Part shown: positions 33,679-48,311 of the stretch, piece by piece
Numbering within the stretch: position 1 is the stretch's first letter
Layout: every line of letters starts with the position of its first letter
From: the human T2T-CHM13v2.0 reference genome, Homo sapiens
Reading direction: 5' to 3' (one strand)
Length of the DNA stretch: 64,000 nucleotides
Assembly: GCF_009914755.1 (NCBI RefSeq)
Contig: NC_060930.1
Translations under genes and position numbers: made by a program
The notes under the pieces: model-generated
What the model was told of the DNA's origin: nothing
The model's input: only the letters and a program-made list of their open reading frames with translations
The model's database searches: none

Positions 33679-36123
33679 ACATTTTAAATATATCTAATGA
33701 GACCTACATTCTTATTGTAACGAAGGATAGGGGAAATTTCTTTTTGGCCTCAAGTTTTTAGCAAAAGTATTCTGCTAGCTCAGTATGGTGATTCTGACCA
33801 CAAGCAGTTATTTCCTATTTTGCAAGATGTGTGTGTAACTTTATATATTAGTTTACAGATAGACGTGATGCTTGGATAACAAAATATATTAGACCTTTAA
33901 GGCTATGATATTATACTATTTTAGATTCTCTGAAATACTGATTTTTCAGACTGGCCATTGAAGTTATATACCTAAGGATAGTGCCAAACAACAATCCCAA
34001 CTTTCAAAATTTTTTGAATGTAGTAGGAATAATATTTATTCCATTGACAAGCATGGGTAGAACCATTGCTCTTTAGTAAAAGCCAGAAACAAAACAGTCT
34101 TGTTTCTTTTTGAAGTAGCCTGTTGACTTGTTGCTGTTAACTCTTAAATTTCTGTTGATAAATATGGATAATATGTCCAAAAATTTATAAAAATCAAATG
34201 GAAATTTTAAGTTTATCTCTTCGTAAAATATATGTCTATCAAACATTTTGCTGAATAGGTAATATAAATATCAAGTGGCACTTATTCAAATTATAAAATA
34301 AATACTTATTGAATGTGTCAGGCTCACAGATGCCATTGTACCATAACAGAAAGCATTATGTAGGAACGTGAAGTTTGTCAGGTATGTAGAAATTGAGATG
34401 CACATTTTTAAACTTTTGGTCATTTTTTTTGTTCATGATTTCTGTGCTTGCTTTTTCCATAAGTACATTTTAAGAATACTTGATGCAGTGAGGGTAGAAA
34501 TAGTGACTGATTTAAAAAGTTTTTTGCCCTTAATGAAGGGTTAGAATGGGTCACCTATTTACAGTCCCTGTAGATCCTTGAACTCTGTTTACCGTGTATG
34601 TGGGTCTGCGTTCTCTTTCAATAACAAGCCATTTTCAGTCAGATCTGACTGTATACATAGGTGGCAGACAGTCTTAATGCAGAAAGCGCTAATGGGTTTT
34701 AAAGCTTCCAGCATACTCTCTCAGCAGTTTAGATTCCAGAGAACGCCCTCTGATTGTTTCCGGATCTCCATAGAAGAATTTACGAGGCTCCGTTATTGAT
34801 TTACTTCCTCCAAAAGGAGGAAATGATACTTAAAACAAATATACAAAAAAAAATACCTTTATAAAATGCTTTTCCTAGGTAAAAACCAGTCCTCATTCCT
34901 GGATAATCAGAGGCAGCTTAAAAAAAAAAAGCAAAACTATTTTGAAAACATATGTTAAGTCTGTAGGGTGAACGCACGCCCATTATGGGCAACCTGATCT
35001 GGGCCATCCCCTGTGCTCTGCCTCCAATTCTCAACGGTTCCCTCCAGTGTCAGTGACATTTAGTAACCTGTCCAAGACCAGACAGAAGACTCAGTCCAGC
35101 CCAGGGCTGCCTAGGATTGTCCTCCACCAGTGGACAGACCAGTGGTCTCTGTGTCCCGGTGTGCCCTCACAGGAGTGCCTGGAGAGGTTCTCTTACCCTG
35201 AACACGGTGTCACTAGCTCTCCCAGCCATGCACCAGTGCCTGCCAGAACATGACGGTTGGGTTATTCTTACTGTCCTCCCCTGTCAGCTGGGGCTGGGTG
35301 GACTGAGGGCAGAAGAGTCAGGGCCACTTACCAAGACTTAGGTCTGAGCAGACTGACTTTGCAGGGGCCCCTCTTGCACCCCTGGAATGTGAGGATCTTC
35401 AGCAGAGGAGGACCTGCACCTTCCTAGGCACGTCTGTCTCTGAAGAGGGCCCTACTGGTACCAGAGGAAGTGGGGCTGTGCCCTCTTCTCCCGGGCTTAG
35501 GACTCCAGGTGTACCTGAAGACAGACGGTAGGAAGCCTGAGGTGACGTACGAATGAGCCCCTGAAAAGTGAATTTCATTTTCTTTTCTTATTCACTGCTT
35601 CTCACTGAAAAGAACTCTGTTTACCTGAAAGGTACAAAAGGAGCCAAAGAGAAGGTAGCAATTTTAAATAGCTGACCTGAACCTTATTTTTACAAAGGAC
35701 CTGTACAGTGTCCTGACTTAGGAACCTGCTGATTAGAATTCTTTATGGACAGAGATTGTCTTGAATAAGTAGGAGAGTTTTGGTAACTCTTCTGAGCAGG
35801 CTGCCTTCCAAGGATTAAGTATTTGTTGCTGAAAACCATGTGGTCATATAGTGTATTCTAAGTATCTGTTTTGCTCCAAGCCCAGGGTACTGTACTAGGA
35901 ACTGAACAATTTGGGACTAGATCCTCAAGCCTGCTACTTAGTAACCTTTTTGAGCTTCTAGACTTCACTGACATGGACAAGTGCAAGTGAGAAGATGTGC
36001 TTAGTGACAGAGTGCCCAAATATTCAATTATCGTCAGTGCTGTACCAGCTGCTATTAAGCTATCACCAGATGAGATGGAGAATCTGCAGCCTAGTAACGT
36101 GTTTCATGTCATTGATGTGGAAG

Positions 36124-36263
36124 TAGAATTACCAGATAAAATACAGGACGCACGGTTGAATTTGAATTTCAGATAAACAAGGAATAATTTCCTAGCTTAA
36201 ATGCGTCTTATATATTACATGGAACATATTACATAGGACATGTTACTCAATCTGGCAACCCTA
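36124..36263. mobile_element. MER53-like hAT MITE, internally deleted
   Basis: CCAGATAAAATACAGGACGC..GTTGAATTTGAATTTCAGATAAACAA and terminal ATCTGGCAACCCTA. Confidence 0.8.
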
Positions 36264-36814
36264 TAGAAAAAGAATTCACTTGAGTGATGAGAAGAGTCCT
36301 CTCTCCCTGTGATATAAGCTGCGGAAAAACCTCAGGACCCCACACAAAATTGGAATGCTTATATTTTAGCTCCCCTAAATCTTTAAACTCTTCAACAGTA
36401 AGGGCTAAATCCTTTGACTCTGTAGCAAATTCAAGCACTGTGTGAATAATAGAAATATCTTCTATCCTCCAAAATCTTAATTTTTCTTAATTTTTTTCAA
36501 AAGCTTGGGTGGTAAGGAGTAATCTAAGCCACAGGCTGGATGCTGCTATTAGGTTCTCTCTGCAGGTGTTCGCAAAAACTGTAAGGAATGGCTTCAGAGC
36601 TGAGCTCTAACTCAAGTAAGGATTTCTTTTCCTGCAGCGAGGTCATGTCTTGATGAGACTCTAGGGCAACCAGATGGGACGGAGTATTCTGAAATGTCCC
36701 CAGTCCCTCTGAAAGGGAATCTTGTAAAGGCATCCTCAACAACCTACCACCTTCATGGTGTGCCTGGTTAGAGATAGGATGATAACATGGAAAGAAATTG
36801 TACTGAACCAGAAG

Positions 36815-36960
36815 GTGAGTCATGGCTCTGTCTCTGGGCCTCCATTTGTTTCTCTTCAAAATGGGATAATATATACCCTCAATGCATTGTTATGGAAACC
36901 AAAAATAAGTAATAGATCAAAATATGTAAAAGTATTTTGTAGATTGTGGAGTACTTTAGA
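36815..36960 (+). mobile_element. MIR fragment
   Basis: CTCTGGGCCTCCATTTGTTTCTCTTCAAAATGGGATAATAATATACCCTC. Confidence 0.65.
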
Positions 36961-38484
36961 GACAGAGGGTATTAAGCCTACTAATACTACTCTTGTGCTG
37001 CATTTTGGGTTTTTTTGGAAGTTTTATCAAGTTTTATAAAAAAAGAATGTGAATTTTAACCCATATTAATACCTCATATTAAATTAGATTTTTGCTGTAT
37101 AACAATTAATAAATGTTGGGAATTGGAATTGCAGTTTTACAATTGCGTTAATGTCCAAATTAAAATCAGCAGCCTGACTGATTGAATGTTTTGTTTTTTA
37201 AATCACACATTTGCCTGAATTGTTCATGTTAGTAGATAGCCATGATAATCTTTTAATCTACGACTTAAAAGTTTCTGAGAAAATATGATATTTGATGTTG
37301 AGAAGGGAAAAAAACGTGTGTTATTCATAGAGAGTATGGTATGCAGTCTGGTGAATTTGTCCTAGTAAACCTGATTTTTAGCATTACTTAAGACATAAAT
37401 TCTCAATCTCCAAGGAATTATTTTTAAACATATTATTTTCACAAGTACCCGTGAATGGATGTGGTCTATGGGAAACACCAAAATAGATATAAAATTGATG
37501 GTCTTAAAATTTGTGATTTACCATGCATGTTACATTAGTTATTTGTATAAACATGATGTTGTTCCTCTTTGACAGAATTTAGAGGTTGGATACTTGATGC
37601 ATCTGAAGAAACCATAGAAGTTTGCGATTATATTACAGAATTCCTCTCATGTCTGTGCAAAAACCCTGCACTCTGTGTTACAGCTCTTCAGTCTATTTCC
37701 TATTCTGTAAATAAATGTCTAGGTATTGTAATTATACATGTGGCATCCTTTTTACTTTAGTATTGAAATAACAATTCTTTATATCGTCACTGTCATGAAT
37801 TCTTACCTTTGAATAGCACTTTATAGCTTTCGGGATGTTTTCTCTTATTATCTTATTAAATATTTACAATTACCAAGAGGTAAACATGGTAGGCATGTTT
37901 ATCCTCTCTATGTAAGAAGTAACAGATGTAGAGAAATTCTTATTTACAAAGTTCAGATGGGAAGTAGTAGAGCTGAGATTTAAACACTTGCATTTTAACT
38001 TGTTTTTTTTTTTTTTTGCTGTTATTTCCACCATACCATACTGTTTTCCACAAGAACCATCATTTCTAGAACTTTATATTTAAGTTTACATTAGCATAAA
38101 GGAATGCATTTGAATATCTAAAGATTCTCCTATTAAGAATTGGCGTGAAACTCTGTATACATATATTATTTCTGAAAGATTTACTGGAAGACTGCAATTA
38201 CACAAAATAAACTATAAGCATAAAGACATCATTATCCCAGGGAATTGTTTATCTGCAAATGTGAATACTAGAAAAGTGTTTATAAATGTTAGAAGAATGG
38301 GTGCAAATAAATTCTTATGGGACAATAATATGGGGTCTATTTTACCTCTTTCCGTTTAACGCTTAAGAGGAACCTCGTCATCGTGACTACTCCAGAGCAT
38401 GGATTATGGGTGCTGTGCGGGCTTGCAGTCCTTGCATCTGTGCTTCTTGGTATGGATAGAAAGCAACTCTGAAGATGTTCGTGA

Positions 38485-38864
<380 letters not shown>

Positions 38865-40039
38865 TCTTGTTCTCTTTTGAAAGAAGTTGAGAAAAGTTCC
38901 AAGAGGTGGAAGGGGCACGAGGAATGACTGCTGCGAGCTGACAGTGGCTGTGCAGCCGACAGCAGCCTCACACCAGTGGACTCATCCTGAGGCTGGAGAT
39001 TGGCTTTCTCCAGCTCAGTTGTTGAGCGGGGAGCTGCGATGGAAGCAACACCACACATGAAAGTTACATTTCTTTATTCATGTCTAAATTGGTCTGTTTA
39101 ACAATAGTAGGGAGAAAATCAACAACTGCATTTTCTCTGGGCCTCTATTCTGTGATAAAATGGTAACTCCAAGCTGTATTTATTCTGCCTGGAAAAGAGG
39201 AAGAAAGCGTTCTTTTCCTCCAATTATGGTGGAACGCGGCCCTTGAGAAAATACCGTGGAGCCTTTTGAGCAGGCTTCACTGGTGTGAGAACACATTCCA
39301 AGTTAAATCAGCAGAGCTACTGGAAGGAATGCAAGGTGGGAGAGGGGGAAGTTTATATGTTTCTCTCTTCAGTGGTGACTTTAGCTTCATGTGACATGTC
39401 CTCAAACCTTCTGGGCCAGTGACTTTCAACCCTGGTGGCCGTGGCGGTGCTGCAGTCACACTAGGTTGGAGACTGGATGCGCCATGAGTCCTGTACTTAC
39501 GTATGAGGCACAGCTGCTTTCCAGTGTAGGAATTTACTGTAATGGTCAGTACATTAGGATTTCATTTAAAACCTTCATATTAACTAGTTATCCTTGGGAT
39601 ATGCTGGTTAACAGCATGTAATCAGTCAGATAAAGCCCAACTGTGCATACAAGTTATGTGACATTGGAAAGGATTCTTGATTTCTGTGAATTATAATTTC
39701 CTCATGTATAAAACGAAGGTCACAATCCCTCTGTAACAATGGCTCTTCAAAAGGTTAGAGGAGCCAGGGTATGACCCTGGCACTTAAAGGCCCAATAAAG
39801 CAGTCACTATTATTGTTGCAGTCAGCAAATACAAAACAAGAGCTGCTGTCACATGGGGGTTCAAGACATTGTCACTCTCTTTTCCATTGTTGCCATTGGT
39901 TTCCCACACTGATGCTAGTGATGAAGAGCCTTAAGAAACACAGGCAGCAGGGTGGTCTGTTAGGAAGCGTGTGTGTTTGTGTTGTCTGGGTACGTGAGCA
40001 TGCAGGTGCTGCTGAGCCCCGTCAGCAGCTCACCTTTTC

Positions 40040-40660
40040 AACAGATATTTAGGACCTGCCTGCCTCTCAGTGCCAGCACACTTTGAGGCACTAGGAACAC
40101 AGCAATGGAAGAACAATTCCACTGTTCGGCTTCCCAAAGTGCTGGGATTACAGGCGTGAGCCACCATGCCCGGCCTAAACACCCATTTCTAATAAAGCAT
40201 GCCCAGGTTAGAAATCACAGTTGCTGCTCTCAGGGAGCTTGTGTTCTAGAAGAGAAAGACAACCAATAAATTAAAAAGATAATGTCAGAAAGACATGCTT
40301 GCTGTGCATAGAGTGAAATATGGTGACATGGAGTGAGTGAGTGAGTGGGAGGCTGATTTCTTTTGGGCAGTCAGAGAAGACAACCTGGTGGAGGACATAA
40401 ATCTGCAACTAAAATCTGAAGGAGAAGGAGCCACCTAGGCAAGCGTTTGACAAGAGAGCATTCTGGGTAGAAGGATGGCTGAGGAGAAGGCCCTGCTACA
40501 GGAACAGGTGGGACGAAACTGGAGATGCGTCCTGGGAGGCTGGAGAGGGAGGGAACCAGGGCCAGAGTCTCCCTCCTTGAATGAATTCTAAAGCTGACTG
40601 GAGTCTGCAGGCTTCTTTGCCATGTTTCTGAATAGCGCTCCAGAAAAATCACTGTGAACC
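40040..40660 (-). mobile_element. L2 fragment, interrupted at 40126-40215
   Basis: CAACAGATATTTAGGACCTGCC..GTGCCAGCACACTTTGAGGCACTAGGAACACAGCAATG and CTGCTCTCAGGGAGCTTGTGTTCTAG. Confidence 0.75.
40126..40215. repeat. 90-bp dispersed duplicate of 41297-41386 (50 bp Alu 5' end plus 40 bp unique flank)
   Basis: TAAACACCCATTTCTAATAAAGCATGCCCAGGTTAGAAAT is identical at 40176-40215 and 41347-41386. Confidence 0.93.
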
Positions 40661-41034
40661 AGAGGGAAGTAGGCTGCTTTGCCTCTGGAAACTTATCTTA
40701 GTTATCAAATGGAGATCTATTTTATATCTATTTCTTTGTGATGGGGATGTGAGAACAGTAAAGTAAATGTAAAAACATCCTGTGTACTATGAACCAAAAA
40801 CAAATTGAAAAGAAATATTGTAAAATACTGTGTCATATTTTGTAGTCTGAAAACAATTATAGGACTAATCCTAAAATCCTAATTTCACATGTAATTATTT
40901 ACTTGGTATTTAGCATGCTATATGGATGTGGAACAATGTTCTTACATTTTCCCACCAGCATTTTGGGGGTAGAGTGAGTGATTCCTCCAATAATTATGAT
41001 GGATTTACACCCTTTCTAAACAGCCATTTCTAAT

Positions 41035-41037
41035 TAT

Positions 41038-41068
<31 letters not shown>

Positions 41069-41346
41069 GAGACAGAGTCTTACTTTGTTGCCCAGGCTGC
41101 AGGGGTGCGTTCTCGGCTCAGTACAACCTCTGTCTCCCAGGTTCAAACGATTCTCGTGCCTCAGCCTCCTAAGTAGCTGGGATTACAGGTGTGCGCCACC
41201 ACGGCCAGCTACAATTTTATATTTTCAGTGGAGATGGGGTTTCACTACGTTGGCCAGGCTGGTCTCAAACTCCTGACCTCAAGTGATCCATCTGCCTCGG
41301 CCTCCAAAAGGGCTGGTATTACAGCCATGAGCCACTGTGCCCGGCC
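41035..41346 (-). mobile_element. AluS-family SINE
   Basis: Full reverse Alu; TSD TAAACA(G/C)CCATTTCTAAT at 41017-41034 and 41347-41364. Confidence 0.96.
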
Positions 41347-43047
41347 TAAACACCCATTTCTAATAAAGCATGCCCAGGTTAGAAATGACTGTTGTGGCAA
41401 CATTTCATGGCATCTTAAATGCTCTAGAATACATTTTATAGCTATCAATTCCTTCAGAATTTGAAACACATTTAATCTCTAAAGCTGTTCTCTTAAGGCA
41501 TGCAGCAAGGAAACGGGGTAGGTGAAGATGCCTGGCTGAGCACATGCTGTATTCTAGGTTCATTTTCGAAGATATCTTTGCCACAGCACCCAGATTGAAA
41601 TGGTCTCATTTTGAAGGTGAAGGAACTGTTGCTCCGAGAGGGATCGCTCACGAGTAGTGGAGCCGAGATCGAATCTGTGTTAATTCAGAGCTCAGTCTCT
41701 GTCAGGTCCCCCTCAGTCTACCTGGATAAATATGAGAAGTGCAGGCTTTCATCTGAACCGTCCTCTGACCAGCTGCAGATGACGTGAGGTTCTGGTTCAC
41801 TTTACACATTTCGTCCGACGTCTCCTTTCTAGGGGAGAGGAGCCTGAGACCGACCATTGAAGCAGCTACTTCATGGTCTCCCTGTTTTAAGTTATTGAAG
41901 GTCCCAAAAGAATGCAGCAGACATTTGTTATTGAGCATTTAAAATGCCAGGGGACCTTGTTTGATATATTACGCAGTACTGCATCTGAGCTATATGTGGG
42001 TTTTTATTTATATTGACAAAAACAGAAAACAAAATGAGAAAGTGGAAGTTTTTGTATTCCTGGGCTTATAAGCATTTAAGATGCAGTTGTCCCCCTCCTT
42101 GCCCTTGGCCGATTGACTCATTACTTCAGCTTTTAGATTCTGAGAAGGTGGAGCCTATGGCAGGTGGCAAAGGGGAGATGGTGGTCTCCTGGAATCCCCC
42201 AGGAATTCGGCCGGAGTAGAGATGGACTGAGTTTTGGCGATAGGTCGCACACCTTACCAACAGCAGGCGGCGAGGGCTCCCCACGCTGCTCGTTTCCAGA
42301 GGTGCCTCGTATTATTGAGAAGGCGTGCAGTGAATGAAAATGTGTCCACACAGCTCCTGCTCTGCCTGTGACATTGGGTTGCTGTATATTAGCTGGGATA
42401 GTATATTTCAAATTGCTTTCTCAATTGCAAAGTATGGTAGAAATAAATATTCGCTTTAATTTAGTAACTAGAACTTAGAAAAGTTCCTCCTGTTTCCTGA
42501 TTGCCAAGTCGGGATGAGAAATAGATTTCATAATTATGATACAACTTGATATCTTGAGATAAATGTTTAACTTTGAAAGTTAAACATGGTATTTTTGAAA
42601 CTTTATCATTTTGTGTTCATTTTGCACATCTCTATACCTCCAATTTTGAAAAGAATTTCTCCCAAAGTTATCTTTATGTTATCTTTACTCTCTGCTTACT
42701 GTTTTAGTTTGGAGGCTTCTCCTTTAACCTGTGGATTCTAAAAGCCTTCTAAATCTGTGAGAGGACTAAAAATTTCCATATGTTAAATTTATTCTTATAC
42801 AAAGTTGACACTTGTAATACACAAACCTGCTTTGCATTTATACAAAGGAAACAAACTTAACTGTGTAGCCACTGCATTGCATTTTCCAAGTTCCTGAGGC
42901 CTCCTCATTCTATTTTATGATCTATTTTATGGTTGTGATACATTTGTCCTTGGGAAATGCCTTAAAAACATTAAAATAATTTCTTAGAATTGCTAAATAG
43001 TTGCTGGAGTATTTTAATTTAGTCTGCCTGAAACTGTTAATTTGATC

Positions 43048-43950
43048 TTTCATTCAGCCCATTTTTGTTGAGCATCTGCTGTGTTATAAGTGAAGCTGCA
43101 GTAATGAACAGGAAACAGACCTGCCCTCATGTTACTTTATAATTTAGTGGGAGAGAACATCTTGCAGGTAAAATGCAAATTGATAGACAGGATTATGTAG
43201 AAAACAGTGTTAATCTTTTCTTAAGTAAGAAGACATCTCAGTGACATCTTAGACTTGAAGGACGGTAGCCAGGCATGAGAATGAGAAGAGGACTGTAGGC
43301 AGAGGAGACAGCTGAGACCAGAAACATGCCAGAGCATGGTGTATTCCAGGAATTCCAAGGAAAGCAGCATCCATTAGGGAAAGAAGTGTAGGAAGTGGGA
43401 GGCCGGGAGGATGGTGGGGAGTGTAAAGGCTGGGGCCCCATCACAGAGGGGCTTTGAAGCTCCTGTGAGGAGGTTAGCCTTGATCCTAAGAGCAAGAGGA
43501 AGCCATTGGAAAGAGATTTTATTTTCGCCTGGGACATGATCTGAGTACACTTGAATTTCAGAAAGATCTTCCTGACTGCCATGTGGAGAATGGATTGGAA
43601 GGGACCAGACTGGAGCTAAGGATGCTCTTGGAGGATTTTGTGTATGGACAACACAGCCATGGAGGTTGGGTACTGCAGAGGGTGAGGGAGCATCATGTGA
43701 ATGCCTGGCCCCTACCTCGTACTGTACATCCCGGACAGCCTTACATGGGGGCTCTGCCAGAGGAGAAATTATAGACATTTGTGATTGAGATTATTGTGGT
43801 CTAGATTTAGGCAGTGACAGTAGAGGTGAAGAAAAGCAAGAAGATCCACAGGCCTTGTAATGTATGGCTGTAAAGGCAAGGGAGTCAGGGAGATACCTGG
43901 TTTTCTGACTGGGCTTATCTGCCTGGAGAAGGGTACATGGGAAAAGGAGC
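43048..43950 (-). mobile_element. L2 fragment
   Basis: TTCATTCAGCCCATTTTTGTTGAGCATCTGCTGTG, GACATCTTAGACTTGAAGGA, GAAAGATCTTCCTGACTGCCATGTGGAGAATGGATTGGA. Confidence 0.8.
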
Positions 43951-44037
43951 AAGGTCATTTTTTGTTTCATCCTCAAAAGGGAATGGACTACTTACAGTGA
44001 AGTGTTAATGGCAGCTAAATTAAGTAACATCGAGTCT

Positions 44038-44538
44038 TCTTATTTATTTATTTTTTAAGAGTTAGGGTCTTGCTCTGTCACCCAGGCTGGGGTGCAGTAG
44101 CACCATCATAGCTTGCTGTAGCCTCGACCTCCTTGGCTGAAACAGTCCTCCTGCCTCAGCCTCCCAAGTAGCTATGACTATAGGTGCGCATGACTGTTCC
44201 TGGATAATTAAAAAAAAATTTTTTTTTTTCACTTTGGCCGAGAGTTCAAGGCGAGGCAAGAGGATCACTTGAGCCCAGGAGTTCAAGACCAGCCTGGACA
44301 ACATGGTGAAATCCCATCTCTACAAAAAGGACAAAAATTAGCCCGGTGTGGTGGTGCATGCCAGCAGAGTAAAACCCTGTGTCAAAACAAACAAACACAA
44401 ATAAAAACAAAAAACAATACCACCACAAATTTTTTTTGTAGAGATGAGGTCTGGCTATATTGCCCAGGCTGGTCTCGAACTCCTGACCTCAAGCAATCCT
44501 CTCGTTCTCCTGAAACCCTAGGATTACAGGTGTGAGCC
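44038..44538 (-). mobile_element. AluJ (arms about 44038-44230 and 44428-44538) with an inverted, internally deleted Alu at about 44236-44415 between the arms
   Basis: Reverse right arm; plus-strand GGATCACTTGAGCCCAGGAGTTCAAGACCAGCC...; reverse left arm. Confidence 0.85.
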
Positions 44539-45225
44539 TTTTATCTCTGCCTTTTATCTGTTTAAAATCCAAGAGCTACTGATTAACATTAGGGCACATG
44601 CTACGATGTTTTCCATGGAAATGTCTTAAATTTGGGAAATTAAATATAGGCCAAAAAAGAACTTGAACTCTAATACTGCCTTGTAAATTATATGTTTGCT
44701 AAGTGTTTTAGCAAGTGAAATCATTTTGCAGCCCTGAAATGTTAAATGAAGCCATTTTGTTCTTCCTGTGAACACATGTTAGAGATCTAAGTGATAAAAT
44801 ACCATAATTTTGCTTGATTTTCCGAAGTGTAATTTCTTGAGAAAAAGGCTCGAAGAACACTGGGGCCATGGAAGGAGATTAAATATTAATTTCATTTCAC
44901 AGATTTTGAAATTTTAAAACATACATTGTAATTCAGAAGGTAAAGTTGGTCTCTTTTATAAGAACTCCCCCCAAAATGATAGTTACCTTAAATTTAGAAA
45001 TGTGTTCGGAACAGCCGTGCACTTGGACTTGGCTGTGTTCACCACTTGCGCTTCCCTTGAGGCTGGAGTGATTTTATTGCCGGTGTTAGGGGAGGGTGTT
45101 GGGAAAGTACACACTTTGTACCATATTGCTTATAATTATGTCACTTTTCAGCAGTGAATGTTAGAAAGAATTTAATTGGTTCTCTAGTTCTTGCGTGTGT
45201 ACTTTTCACATGTAGTGGCATTTCT

Positions 45226-45792
<567 letters not shown>

Positions 45793-47329
45793 CTTATGTA
45801 GTGGCATTTCTAACACAAAAGATTTATTTTTACCTAAAATGACAATACTTACTGGGTTGCCAAGGAGAATAGTTAAGTTGTAGCTAAAGATGAAAAGCCC
45901 AGAGTAGGCAAGTAAGAAAACCGAATTGGTAAAACTTCTTTCTCCACAGGACTTCTGTTAGTGATTTGTTCATGAACTTTGAAAGGAGCAATGGCAGTTC
46001 CTCCCCGATCTCCGTTCTACTCACCACATCCCAATACCGTAAAGTTTATGAGCAGAGGAATTTAACATAATGCATTTTAAGTTCATAAACTAACAAAATA
46101 ACTTCAGATCTTTTAAAAATGCTTTTTAGAAGTTTGGCCTGCATTTCTACCTTTTTCACCATATTCTGTCTCCTCAGCTACCTCCTAACTCCCTGAACTT
46201 AAAACTCTCTGGGGTCGCTTTCCATTAATAGCTTTTGACTTTGTTTCTTATGCTTTGGAAATGTATGCCATAGCGACATTGCTATTTTAAGAGGCTTTTA
46301 TATATTCACGTTTTCTCCCTCTTTTCTCTCTGTCTTCCCTTGCCCTTCCTTCTATTCCCCTTCTTATTCTTGCCACCCCACAACACCCCCCATTGAGAGA
46401 TCCAGGCAAGACAGACTCCTTTGCCCTTGGTATTCCGTGGAAGTTCAGTGCTATCTGATCTCACTGTTAGGGAAACAGACAGCACATATTCTTACCTCAG
46501 GGAACTAAGATCTAGAGACCATCTGGAACCATCTCTGAGCTCTGTCATTGATGGGCAGTTTCACACAATCTGTTGATTGATAATGTTATATCAGAGCTTC
46601 AGTGTATTGCAAGCCATTTTATGGAAATACTGGTGATAAGAGTAACCTGATGTGACATGGTGCATGTGGAATACTGTGTTAGGTCCTCCCCCACCTCCCT
46701 CCTGGGGCAACAAAATGGCCATTCTGAAGAGAGAAATTATATTCAAAGAATTGTAGCATAAGGTTGAAATTATATTGTTTTATAAAATATCACTACAGTA
46801 TAGAGATGTCATTAGAGAGCAGTACCAGTTAAGCAGCCATCATTTGCATATGCCTAGGAGAACGTTTTTAATAACTAACCTAGTTACCAGTAAACACACA
46901 GTTTTAATTTATTTCAGTTATTAACCATTAGGAAACTTCTTTAGGTTTTTTATCATTGGAATGATGTCAACAAGAAATGTGTAATCAGAAGGAAGAGATA
47001 CTTTACTTTGCTGCAGATACTCAGAGCAGTATGTAGTGTTTTCATAGACCAGAGAGGAGCCTGCACTGTTATCATTTTTTGTGAAGAAGCTTTCAGCACA
47101 CAGCTGCAATTTCTAAATTGAATATTTTTATTTCAGAATGGAAAAAGGAGACTTTATTCACAAGAAAGTTTACTTACCAGAAATTTTTTGTCTTTTTTCA
47201 CGTGGAAGTAATCCTAAATTACTCTTCCTTAAATGGAAATGTTATCAGTTTTCTAAAGAAAAAATGCTGTGTATTCTAGGCACATGTGTGTCCACACACA
47301 CACACAGACACGCAAAGTTTATCAGGCAC

Positions 47330-47680
47330 CATGATATGGTCCCATCCTTTAACTTTGTAATTCTGCTTTTGAGAATCTTTCCTAAGGAAATAATCCAAAA
47401 TGTTGGGGACATGGGAGAACTGTGTGTATAAAGGCATTCCTTGGTATCTTATTTAGGCAACTGAAAAATTGGAAACACCCCTGAAGGACTCATGGAAGGG
47501 ACGTAATTTAATGAATTCCCGCACATGCCTTCAAATGGAAATTCTTTGAGACTAAAGATAATTGTTACTAAAACTTTCAGGAAGGTAGAAAAATGCTTTT
47601 TAATGTTAAATTTAAATTCAGGAATTTCCCCTAGTTTTCTAAGTTTTCTGTATTTGTACTTATATTACTTTCATAATGAA
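47330..47680 (+). mobile_element. Ancient L1ME-like 3' fragment
   Basis: GTAATTCTGCTTTTGAGAATCTTTCCTAAGGAAATAATC...GAAAAATTGGAAACACCC. Confidence 0.65.
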
Positions 47681-48064
47681 GAGAAAGAATCCCAAAATGT
47701 TATTCTTTTCTGCTCTTTAATTGTTTAATAAGTATTGAAAATTGCTGCCAGACTAGGGTCAACGATTTTAGGCACTCTAAAGCTTTTCTTTAAATACATT
47801 AATGTTTTCTACATATTTTGGCAATGTTTTGTTAATTTAAAGCGAACCATTTAGCTTCTGTTACAGATTTGCACGTGCACACATAGACACAGCGGGAAGG
47901 ATGAGCACTAGAATTTGAAATATTAAAATAGAAAGTAGAGAATTATAAGAAATGAGTCAGAGAGTTGTTGTAAGAAGATAATTGCAAAGAAAAATTTGTG
48001 GAACATCAGTGTTTTTGAAGTTCCATAAGAATTTTTGCAGCAATAGTTAAGGAAGCCCTAAGTT

Positions 48065-48311
48065 GTTTTTTTTTTTTTTTTCCCCAAGACAGTCTCACTC
48101 TGTCACCCAGGCTGGGGTCTCCTGCCTCAGCCTCCCAAGTAACTGGGACTACAGGCATCCTCCACCATGCCCGGCTAATTTTGTGTATTTTTTAGTAGAG
48201 ACGGGGTTTCACCGTGTTAGCCAGGATGGTCTCGATCTCCTGACCTCGGGATCCGCCCACCTCGGCCTCCCAAAGTGCTGGGATTGCAGGCGTGAGCCAC
48301 TGCGCCCAGCC
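48065..48311 (-). mobile_element. AluY/Sc-like SINE with an internal right-arm deletion of about 60 bp
   Basis: CAGGCTGGGG joined to TCTCCTGCCTCAG; TSD AGGAAGCCCTAAGTT at 48050-48064 and 48313-48327. Confidence 0.93.
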
